Assembly (NCBI GenBank): GCA_964016885.1
Contig: OZ024741.1
Coordinates: forward strand, 137,702,001 to 137,766,000
Direction of reading: 5' to 3'
DNA length: 64,000 bases
Source of the DNA: Eledone cirrhosa
Taxonomy: Eukaryota
Made by a program: the position numbers and the translations under genes. How positions within the stretch are numbered: position 1 is the stretch's first letter; each line of letters starts with the position of its first letter. Under the pieces are notes generated by a model that worked only from the letters and a program-made list of their open reading frames with translations, did no database searches and had not been told where the DNA came from. This document shows positions 52,823-64,000 of the stretch, piece by piece.

Positions 52823-55800
52823 AATGCAACTTACTGTTGTTGAAAACGTTTTGTCTCGAGGTTGTCTGACAGGAGGAGAAGAATTCACTTGATAGAAAAA
52901 GTAATCCCCGTGTTACAATCCTTTATAATTATCGTATTTTATCGTCTTTATCTTACATCTCCCATTTAAAGCAAGTAGTGCTGTACATGCGCAGTTACTC
53001 TCAAGAGTCAAATGTGACACTGATATGACAAGACTTTTGTCTAGCTGCAAGATACCCAGCGAATAGAATGAGTCACATATAGTGCAGCGCTTCGAAGAAA
53101 TACGATGACAAGGCAGGAATGATAGACAACCTAATGTATTAAAGTTCTTTACTTAATTTAACAGTTACACAATTCGCTAAAATGCATATATTTGATAGTT
53201 GCATATTTCATTATGGTAATTCTTGTTAGCACCCGGGTTTTCATTATCAATCAGATCGTTGATTGCAGTTCAGAATCAATATTTGTGTTCCATACATATT
53301 ATACTTTGGACTATATTATTCAATATCTCAATCTTTGAGACAGTAGCGAGTACTTTTAGTGGGATTTGCTGCTAATTGTAGCACGTCGAACGACCCTGTA
53401 ATGGCGCCCTTATTGGCTCCTATTATATCGTAGATTTTAGTTGCCGAGATCAAGTACATTTCCAACATTCATTTTGTGGAAAAATATTCATTTTCAGAAA
53501 ATATATAGGTCATTCAAAGAAACTATATAATATGTCAGAAATCCTAGTAAGCTTATTCTCACACCCAGAGAAATCATGCCGAGTATAGCCAAGTCTAACG
53601 TTGTTGTATAATAGACATTAGCAATGGCATTTATGTTAGATTATTCAACTGTTAACGTCAGTGGTACTGTGTCAGTGAACAAGTCACAAATACAGACGAC
53701 CGTTTTGATACCAATATATAAATGTGAAGTAAAGTTACTCCTTATTTGTTTTTCGAATGACTAAAATAATTCTTCTTGATATAGTTTCAACACAGCATCA
53801 GATCAGGTCACTTGCCAGGAAAGTTCAATAGTCACTAAAATGGTTCTTCCACAGTGTAATTGCTTTAGTTTCAACACACACACAAGCAGAACTAAGAAAT
53901 TCTAACATCTGCTTTATTTTTATTCTGATTATTATCTTTATAATTATTATAAACATAATTGTCAAGATCTTTAATTAGCCAGCAGTACTTTTTAGATGTG
54001 CGTCTGGACAGTCTCAAAATATTCAATATAATATGTTGCCTTATTAAATAACGCGTAATAAGTTATTTATATATCAAATTGTTAAATTAGATTGCAAAGG
54101 AGAAAAACTGTACATTACATTTCAGATTAGAAGAAGAGCCATTTTAAAATCAATATCACTTTCATCGGTTTTACGGCTGTTGTATTTATTTTTATCTATG
54201 ATGGCACGGATTTGACTACGGTTGGACCATATCGTGGGGTGTTAATTGACTGAGAGAATTAACATAATCTTCGACGAAATTACTGTCCGTTGGAAGATAA
54301 TCTCTGACTGCCTCCGATATTCATTTGCGACTGAGTGAACTGAAATGACTGGAAATGAATTGCCTTGTTCAAGAATAATAGGCGCAGGCCTGTTCTGACA
54401 AGAAACCAATTATGTTGTGATTGTGAGTCTAAAATAATTAACCCGAGACCGTGCTTCTCGGTCACTCAAAAGTGCATAATAGTTATATAACAATCTGTTG
54501 TCTTTCACTTAATCATCTATAAAAAATCTATTTTACACAATGCAGCCCAACACAGAATGTATCACAATTGTTTTTATATTTCAGTGTGAAACCTATGGGA
54601 AGCAAAGATCATATTCTAGAACGTATCCATTTGAACCTAATCTATATTACTATTAAATGAAATCTGAATTGTTAAACTTTAAACAGACAGTGAGGAATGT
54701 TATTACATGCCAATCTTTTTTAAATGAGTAGATGTCTCTTAAATATATGGTTTACATTGAGAGGAAACATAAAGTTGCCGGTTCTATATTCAACTCAATG
54801 CCAATGTCATCGTTAATCTATGTGAAAACAGGTTTATCGCTTACTTAAGGTAATATATCATACTTATTATCTTCGAGAATTAAATGTTTAGAAAAAGCTG
54901 CGCCTCATTTAATCACTTTCACCTCCCATTTATTGCCTCCTTATGAGAATATAATGATTTTGATATCGCAATTTTCCTTCCGAAAACCAACAACAGCGTA
55001 CATAGGTATTGTTAAAAGTATTGAAATAGTTTAAATTAAACAGACACGTTGGCGTCAAGTCTACAACTTTGTGAACTTAGAAGATTCATAATTAAAAGCA
55101 TCAAATTGCTCTCAGTTTCGAAAATATTAAATATTCTGAAACATATATACGTATATATCATCGAGAATATTAAGAATTATGTCTAGATTACTAATGGAAA
55201 AACGTTCAATTGTTGTACCTGTCCCTTTCAACCCTATAATTCTGTCTCGCTAATGGGTATTAACGAACGGCAGTAGATATTGATGGGTAATAATTCTATT
55301 TAATTCACCGTTTATATTGACTGCTTGCTTTGTGAATAAACTTTAATACCTTCAATTACAGTACCGCTCTTCTTCTCGCAACTAATAAACCCAGACGAAA
55401 TAATAGCAAGTTAGAGTATCTCGTTATTTGAATAGATTTGACGGCCGTCTTTTGATATGAATGTGTTATTTAGTGTTATCGAGTGCTTTCATTAAGTATT
55501 CATGCAAACAAAATAAACAGAATGTAGTCCAAATTCTTAAAAGGAAGTTGTATCGATTTGTTGCCAATGTTAAAGATTTTAAAGTCACTTTAGATACAGA
55601 ACAATATTTGTTATAAACAGCATAATTATTAGTCTCCTGTTTTCAGAATAAACATTTCAATAGATTTACCATTTTAAGAGGAATACTTCTCAATGGTTGT
55701 TTTAATGTATTTTTTATTTGTTCTTGTTTCTTTCTATTGCATTATTAAATTCCAGTTCGCTTGTAAGATGATGGACGGGGCCTGTCTTTGTATACATTCA

Positions 55801-56025
55801 AGTTGGCGGTGTTTTGAAAAATCGAGCTAACCTCACCTTATCTATTTCTATCTATTTCACATTTGAACTTCGCATCGAATCTTATATTCACTCTAAACAC
55901 TCAGAAATTCATAATATAGCATATACGACAATTATGAACAGCTATACTGTATTTTAGGTATAACACCGCGGTTGAAGACTTATAAATGCTACTCGTTACA
56001 AATTACAATCAATCCCTATGTATGT

Positions 56026-57974
56026 TATCTCTTTCTCTTAATTTCGAGTATATTTCTTTGACCGGCCACCTTCCTGGTGGCAAGGTTGTAAAAGAAATGA
56101 AATTGTCATCCCTTGAATCGCAAGAATGTTTTGCAAATTTTGAAGGTACCAGCTATCGTAGCCATTTGTAGACTATCAATTAGGGAGCTGCGTTCTTTGT
56201 CCGCAAATCCAAGTTCAGTCATACTTTGGTCCAAACGGGTTGGTATATAACCCGTAGCTCCAATAATGGTGGGTATGAAGCTAAAGGTGTATCTTGGATA
56301 CTGGATTTGTAAACTCCTCATCAATGGTCCGTAGATGTCCTCCTTCTCCTGTATTTTTCTGACAACGTTTACATCGAGTGGGCAACTGATCCCCACAACA
56401 GAACACGTTTTCAATGTGTGGTCCCAAACAACAATATCAGGCCGGTTGTGCTTTAATTTGGTGATTTGGTGGCAGTTTTTATTTTCAGGTTCCACCAGTA
56501 TTCCTTAGTGCCATCTGTATCAATATATTCTTCCTCGTTTGTTGTTAATTTTGTTTTCCGAAGTGCGTTCCAGATGGTTCTAGCTATCCCATCATGTCTC
56601 ACGGGAAGGTAGTAGCGAGATGACATTCTTTCGCAGCTGGCAACAATGTGGCTTACATCCTCGATCTTTGTTTTACATAGCCTACATTTATTGTCAGCTG
56701 ATGGCCCTCCCCTTTTGTGCAGCAGATATTTGGTAGGGAGTTCTTGTTCCTGTATTGCATAGAGATATCCCTCAAGGTGTGATGTCATAAACTTGTCGGA
56801 ACTCCATGTCAGGCTTTTTGAGTGGTTTATCCCCTCTATGGTCTGTGTTTTACGTCTCAAGTATCCATGCACAACTTTTTCTGTAAATTGGTCAATTTTT
56901 TTTTTTTTCCATCTTGTTTGAACATTGAATAGGATCTTCCGATTTCTCTGGGTGAGAGATTTATATCAGGCTTTATTCCATATCTCTCCTCCAGATCAGT
57001 GGTTATTCTAATGATATATTTTTTTTCATGCTCATAAACCCGGGCAAGATGGTTGCCAACCTTTTTCCTCTGTTGAAGGTGTTGCTTCAGTGTTACTATC
57101 CGGGTCTCATATGATGTTAATATGGATTTTAGACCCCGGCCATCTTCATTGCGTGAGAAGTATAGCCTATCCACATCACCATTGATGTTAAAGTTCCCAG
57201 TAACACTGAGAAGTTTGCGAGTTGTAACATCCATCTCACTTAGTTATTGCAATGACCAGTTCAGCAGGCCAAATCTTGGCGTTATAATTGGCACAGCATA
57301 AGTATTGTGGGCAATGTATTTGTTGTACGCTGACAGTTCTGATGACCATATTTTCTTTACTCTTCTGAGGTATTCAGTTCTGGTTCTCTCCTTATTTATG
57401 GGTCCATCATATCTGACATTCCCATCCTGTCCAAGATATCTGTAGTTGTCACCTGACTGTAGAGGTTGTATTGTCAGGCCGTTCATCTCTAGATTTCCAG
57501 AGGAGGGCACATCTCTTCCACGTTTTACTGCCAAATATGCACACTTGGACTCACGAAATTTCATTTTGATGTCTGTTGAAAATTGTGTAATGAGGTCCAA
57601 TTGTTTCTTGATGTCATTGATATTTGTCCCATACAACTTCAGGTCATCAACAAAGAAAAGATGGGAGATTCTTCTGGACCCACTTCTTTGTCCACCTTGT
57701 TTCCTGAGTAGGTAAGATAGTGGACTTAGTGAGAGAACGAAGAATAGACTGACAAGCTATCACCCTGAAAGATGCCCTTCTGGTAATGTATCTTATCAGT
57801 TTAACTTGCTCCTTCTCACCTCTAAGGATCAAATTGGTGTACCAGTTCTTAGTCAGATGTTCAACAGCAGCTACCAGTGGTTGTGGGACTTTGGCTAACT
57901 GTAAAGCCTTAACAATCCACCCATGAGGTACACTATCAAATGATTTTTGATAGTCCAGCCACACCACAGTCATT
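56026..57974 (-). mobile_element. Dong/R4-clade LINE, 5'-truncated and frameshifted
   Basis: WLDYQKSFDSVPH, FVDDLKLYG, YRYLG, CCHC CRLC..EDVSHIVASC, RHDGIA, and restriction-like endonuclease NRPDIVV. Confidence 0.92.
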
Positions 57975-58371
57975 TATGTATGTATGTATGTATGTATGTA
58001 TGTATGTATGTATGTATGTATGTATGTATGTATGTATGTATGTATGTATGTATGTATGTCAGTCCCACTCTCTTAACCAAGTGCCTTTGCTCACTATAAA
58101 AGCTTCACGGCACACGCATTGCTTTATATCTGGAAATCTCTTTGCACTTGTCGCCACATGGTACCATGGGCCCAGCATTATGTGTCAATAATTGTCACAA
58201 GTGTAGTGTTTGTACCAGAGTTTTCAAGTCGCTGGCTGGACTAAATTGTCACACGCGTTCAGCGCATCGGTAGGGGTTCTCCTACATGGATATAATGTAG
58301 TGGGGTACGCGAAAACGAGTTGGCAGCCACCATGTGTGTAATTATGTATGTATGTATGAATGTATGTATGT

Positions 58372-58556
58372 GCTCTTTTTGGATTTTGTTTATTCTTGAC
58401 CGTCCACCTTCGTAAAGAAAACGAAATTTCCGTAGTTTCTTGTGTAAGCGTTCATACTTTAAATGGTATGTTTTACAAATTTTGAAGGTGCCATGTAATG
58501 CAGCCATTTGTAGATTAAACATTTAGAAGTTATGTTCTTACACAAATCCAATTCAG
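58372..58556 (-). mobile_element. Second Dong/R4 3' fragment
   Basis: LQMAALHGTFKICKT matches LQMATIAGTFKICKT of the neighbouring copy and is followed by (CATA)n. Confidence 0.75.
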
Positions 58557-59909
58557 TGATAATCATTTTAACGCTTAATCATTTTACGCTTTAGAGAAAG
58601 GAGTTTATTTCATCACATAAAAATATTATATTAATAATAGTAATTACAGAGGAACTATTTGAAGTTTATGTTTAGTAAAGGCATCAATCACAGAAGTATT
58701 ACACTTCCGTTCAAGTGATGATTCGAATGTTAAGATACCTGAATTTAAAAACTGCATTAGTTAACAAATCGATCGTCTCATAACATACTAAACACTTCTG
58801 TAACCAAAGTTCTAACAAGAATATAATTCGATTATAGTTTAATTATCAAAATAATTACAAATTATGAGATATAGTGAAATATCTAAATTTCAACTTAATT
58901 ATTTCACACCTGTAATCAAATATTGTCTGTCATGTAATACTGAAATTAAATTCCAGGATTTGAATTTAAATTTGAACGATATAAAAGAGCAGGTTTCGGG
59001 AGGACTGGTATTTAAAGGGTTAATGCGAGATAAAAGACGTAAAGAATTCTAAACCAGAGAAATAGTGACTGGGAGGCAACAAAACATTCTAAGAGCTATA
59101 ATTATATTATGGAATAGTAATTTAAGATACAGCTCAGTAAGTTTGTTTAATAATTCAATTGGTGAAATTGAGGGTTGCAGAAATATTTAATTTATATATT
59201 GATTTTAAACAGAATATTTCAACTTAGTTATAAATTGATATAATGGCATTATGTATTACATCCACTTCATTTATATTGAGGTCATTTTAATCATATTCTA
59301 TTTGCGGATGTTTTCAAATGAATCCAAATAAATTATATAAATGAGATGCAACAGTGAATAGTTTTTAGATATTTGAAATATACGTGTAAAATATGATGAA
59401 GAAGTACTTCTACATTGAAACCAGATCTCGGGGTTAGCTACTTAGTGACCTAGACTAACTATAGAACTTGGGCATTCTTTTCCAGGTTATGCACCCCATT
59501 CTTCCAAATGAAATAATTTCACCTCACAACTTGGAAAGTTGACGAACCTGACGTTCGAAACATGTTGTCCTTAATACACTAATATATTACTAATCTTACA
59601 TTTTCCAGTCCAGAGATCATGTCCAGTCAGATCATATAAGAGGTCATAGTACCATACAAAGATCTTCATCACTGTGGATGTTTTCAAAACGTTGTTACAT
59701 GCCAAAGATGTTCAGCTATTATGCTATTAATTGCAGGAAACTATATATTTAAAATAAATATACAAATTTGGATAAAACTGTAAAACCTTAAGCCTCCGCA
59801 ATGTTCCTAAGATCAGCGCCCTTGGCGTAGAAGGCTGCAAGGAAATGTTGAAATATATTTCATCCGATGCATTTCATCCGATTCTGCCAATCCACGGCTG
59901 ACGCCCATA

Positions 59910-60335
59910 ATAATAATACTGTTTTCTGATTTAGGCACAATACTAACAGTTTTGGGGGTGGCGAAAGTCGATTAAATTGACTCCATTGTGTTGCTGGAAC
60001 CTTATTTTATCGATTCCGTAAGCAGGCATTCAAATGAGAACGCCAAGGGCCGTTACACCATGCCACATAGTATGCTGTCCCACGCTTTACCGATTCTGCC
60101 AATCAACCACCCTCGCGCACAATAATGATAATAATAATAATGGTTTCTGGTTTGGGGCACAAGGCCAACAATTTTGGGTGGATGGGAAAGTCGATTAAAT
60201 AGATCCCAGCACGTAATTGGTGTTTTATTTTATCGATCCCGTAAGAATGAAAAACAAAGCTAACCTCGCCGGGATTTGAACTCAGAACGTAAAGGGCCGC
60301 AACAATATGCTGCAAAGCATGCTGTCAGATGCTTT
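59910..60335 (-). mobile_element. Two to three tandem tRNA-SINE copies (Meta-like core)
   Basis: ggcacaaggccaacaattttggg...ttttattttatcgatccc...cctcgccgggatttgaactcag, repeated. Confidence 0.7.
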
Positions 60336-60929
60336 ACTTTAATAATGATAAGTATTGTTATTATTGGTGTATATTTTTCATTCGATTTGTTTCTGACACA
60401 TCTATGGCAATAAGGCAATAAAAACATCTGAACTTCTCCCGGGCTTTCATTTAACTACAAATAGGGTAAACGATTTGCTCCCTTGCGAAATGTTAAGTAG
60501 ATAATGTCAGAAAGAGACGTGAAATCATTCAATCAACTAATCACTGATTAGAGTCTGTAACAAACGGAATACCAAGAATAATGAGGGAAATGTTATTGTA
60601 GCTTAGGACTTGATATTATTAACTCAGCTATTAAATATTCTGTTGGCCTACCGGATAAAGAGTTGAATACCTTCATTTTGTCCGTGACTTCCTTTTCATC
60701 GTAAAGGCTTTATTGTTGTAACCTACACAAAAGGCATTGGTCTTGAATCATCTTGTGAATGGAAATAACTTTACAATAGATTAATGGTTTATTTAGTTGA
60801 AAAGAAAAACATGTGTTTGTTGTCCAGTGTTAAGACAACAAATTGTCAGAGTCGTAAGAATGTCGGATATAATCGTTTGCCGCATTCGTTCTGGTTCTTT
60901 GCACCCAAATCTCACCGAGGTCATCAAGT

Positions 60930-62032
60930 TAGATTTTCAACCATCGAAGTCGAAAAATATAGAACCAGTACAAAGATGGGGTTGTTTCTTTATCCGTATC
61001 TTTTAACCCGTTCTATCCTACTTTCTCTCTTTCTTTAGACGAATTGGCTGTGTTCAGACCTAGAGGAGTATAAAGTTTTAGTGTCTAAGATACGCCACAT
61101 ATCAAAACGGCGCCTAAATGCCTACCTCAAAAGTGAAGGGATTACGTTCATGTCATATCACTCTGTTACAATATACGCATCAGTAATAAAAGGGTGCATA
61201 CTGTCACCTCTCCTGTTCATTTTCGTGAACAACGATGACACGCGCAGGTGGGTTGGAAGTGGTATCCCGACTGGCAGGTGTAAAATCAGTCGGCTGGAAT
61301 TTGCACACGACACGGTGTTATTTAACTCGACAGAAGGTGATCTCCGAGTTGCACTTGATAAGTCTGATGCCGAGTGCTGCACAGTTGGAGTGAAAATCAG
61401 TGCTGCGAAAATTGAGATACTTATCCTTTCAAGGAAACCTGGGCAGTGCACTCTACATGTGATTGGAGTTCCACAAAAGCAGATGGAGAAGTTCAAGTAT
61501 ATAGCGGCTGTGTTCACAAGTGATCGGAGGTAGTGCAAATGAATTGATGCAGTAATGTGCCAGCTCCGGCATTCGGTAATTAGAAAAAGAGAGGTGGGTG
61601 TAAATTCCAAACTCGCTATCTTCAATTCTTACCAACCCTTACCAACGGTGATGAATCTTGGGTAATGGCCGAAAATAAACGATCGCAAATACAAGCGGCC
61701 GAAATGGGGTTCTTCTGGAGAAACTTTGGAGTAATATTACTTGATAGAGTGCGTAGATTAGATCTACTCCAAGTAAAGCTGCTACTCCTCCTATCATAGC
61801 TCCTATACTATGGGCATGTGGTTAGAATGTCTCAGGAAAGAATCGCTAGAAGATTTTACGTGCAAAACCAACCGACAGGAGACCCATGGATAGATCTCGA
61901 GCAAGATGGTTGGATAATATCCATGAGCTCAACTGGTCTCGCTTGGGGATCCAGTCCGATCATTTGGGAACGGTTGTTTCTGAAAGGACCTGCTAGAAGG
62001 AGTGTTTGAAAACTCTAACCCCACGATCCTCT
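60930..62032 (+). pseudogene. RTE-clade LINE 3' part, decayed, ending in an (AAG)n tail (62033-62086)
   Basis: IKGCILSPLLF, LEFAHDTVL, GVKISAAK, EKFKYI, IQAAEMGF, YGHVVRM. Confidence 0.8.
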
Positions 62033-62094
62033 CAAGAAGAAGAAGAAGAAGAAGAAGAAGAAGAAGAAGAAGAAGAAGGAGAAGAAAAAAAAAG

Positions 62095-62921
62095 ATAGCG
62101 TCGATACACTCTTGGTCAGTTTGTATAAGCATTTGCATGCCTATACCTGACCAGTTCTCTCTCCCTATTTTCTCTACTTGCAGCATCGCCGTCCTGTCCT
62201 CGATTCCAGCAAGGACAGACGCGATCAGCCAAGGTATGGGCACGTCAGATGGGACCTGGGTCACTTTGACCCTCACAATTTTCTGCCCGCAGTAGGAGGG
62301 CATCAAGACTATCTCCTCACTCTTTAGGGTTTCCAAAGAGTGAGACTTCGCTTCTTGGGGGGTGGCGAAAAGTACGTCTACTGTGGCATACTTTCTGCCT
62401 CGGGTAATGTGGGTTTTGCGCGCCCAGACGCAACCCAAAGCCTTTTGGATTTGAGCCTCCGTGGCTCTCTCCACCCGATGTGACATTTTGCTTACGGTGC
62501 GGTAAGTCACCGTCCCTAGCTGCTGGTCCTTGAAAAAATCGGGTGGAGGTTTCAAGGAAACTCGATTGGCGTTTATTGTCACCAGGGCCCTTGCGACTGC
62601 CATCTCCTCCGCTGTGACTAACACTGTTTCGATATCTCGGGGGACACCTGCAAAAGAAGTGTTCCTTTTTTCAGCAGCACCACTATTGCTGCTACTGGTC
62701 TTGCTGGTGGTGCTGAGATTGCTGTTACTGGTATCGATGTCATTGTTGATGTTTTCGTTGGTACTGTTGTTGTTGTTGTTGGTGTTGTTTGTGTTAGAAA
62801 TATTTGGTAATTTTAAATCTGTAACAATATCATTAAAAATGATATTTTTCCTCTTTACCTTCGTAATATTTTCTTTTATATTTACCTTCGCTAGAACGCT
62901 GTCTTGTTGATATGTTGACAC
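62095..62921 (-). CDS. Probable LINE (Tx1/L1-like) ORF1 N-terminal part, truncated at the AAG tract
   Basis: ~275 open codons: Asn/Ser-rich N-terminus, then RRM-like ATVDVLFATPQEA...VRVKVTQVPSDVP. The poly-L tail is only the microsatellite. Confidence 0.5.
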
Positions 62922-63136
62922 AGTCTCCCTCTCTCTGTGTTGTTTGACAGCATTCTCTCTCTTTCTTGTGTTATCGATGTTGAAATATTTTTTTTTTCAA
63001 ATAATATTTTTACATAATACGACACCCCGTAAAGAGGTGCCGTTTTATTTACGAGTGAACCCCTGTATTGGGTGGGTCACTTCTTCTAAACTTTTATCAA
63101 TTTTAAAACTTGAATAAAAGGTTTAGAACGGTTGAA

Positions 63137-63201
<65 letters not shown>

Positions 63202-64000
63202 GAAGAAGAAGAAGAAGAAGAAGGAGAGGAAGAATAGTTATTATACAAATCATGTTCACCTTAAATTTAATTGGCTGATAGCCAACATATGAAACGAAAA
63301 TTTAAAACATTGTGATTTGTTTTTGTAAAATTTCATAGAATTTAGCCGTGACAAACGTCAGATACGTCAAATATTTGGCAAATATCCTAAATAGATTTAA
63401 TGTTCAAAGACACAAAGACAGTTTGATAATATGGAGATATTCATACGCACAAAATACTCATGTATACATATGTGTGTATACGGTCATTGGACGTATTTAT
63501 ATTTGTATGTATTTATGTCTGTATATATGTCTATGTCTGTCTATGTATATACACATTTATACATACATACACACACTTACCCCCCCCCCCCCCTCATATA
63601 TATATATATATATATATATATACTTACGCATATAGGTATATATCAACTAACACTCCGGCAGACACAAATCACAAATGTATGCATATATGTATGTATGTTC
63701 TTCTGGTTTTATAATTTCACAAAGTTTTACCAATAGAGAGAGAGAGTCGGTTGCTAACATAGATACAAGTCTCTCTCATTGGAATTTACACAACATCAAC
63801 TTGGTAGATTATGTATGTATGCATGCATGTGTAGATATGGATGTTATTGTATGTGTGGATGTGTATGTTTTGAGTTGTATGTTTGCATGTGTATATGCTT
63901 TGCATCTGTACATGTGTATATGCAGTTATTAGATGCAACATTTTTGGAATGTTTTACATATTTTTACTGTTTCATTAATGGATTGTACTTGTAATTTCCT

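Overview
AT-rich, microsatellite-dense animal genomic DNA. It is most likely a cephalopod (octopus-like), inferred from the SINE families and the (TA)n/(CA)n load. No multi-exon host gene can be assembled, and nearly all ORF-track entries are microsatellite artefacts. The real content is mobile DNA: a decayed Tc1/mariner-related (m44-type) transposon, a mariner MITE, RTE-group, L1/Tx1 and Dong/R4 LINEs, tRNA-SINEs, and many Penelope-like elements (PLEs), three with CxCx5C (Hydra-clade-like) GIY-YIG endonucleases. The main unannotated signal is RNA structure. About 20 near-complete minimal type I hammerhead ribozyme (HHR) motifs, plus decayed ones, from roughly ten sequence families sit in small elements inserted in (TA)n arrays, usually as fold-backs. 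One non-coding family (A; 418-471 nt monomer, 6 loci, 7 HHRs with pairing-preserving stem I variation) has a near-fixed 3' end and runs head-to-tail through its ribozyme. This is what a retrozyme-like circular RNA copied by a PLE reverse transcriptase would leave behind. All structures were read by eye; no folding, alignment or database search was run.
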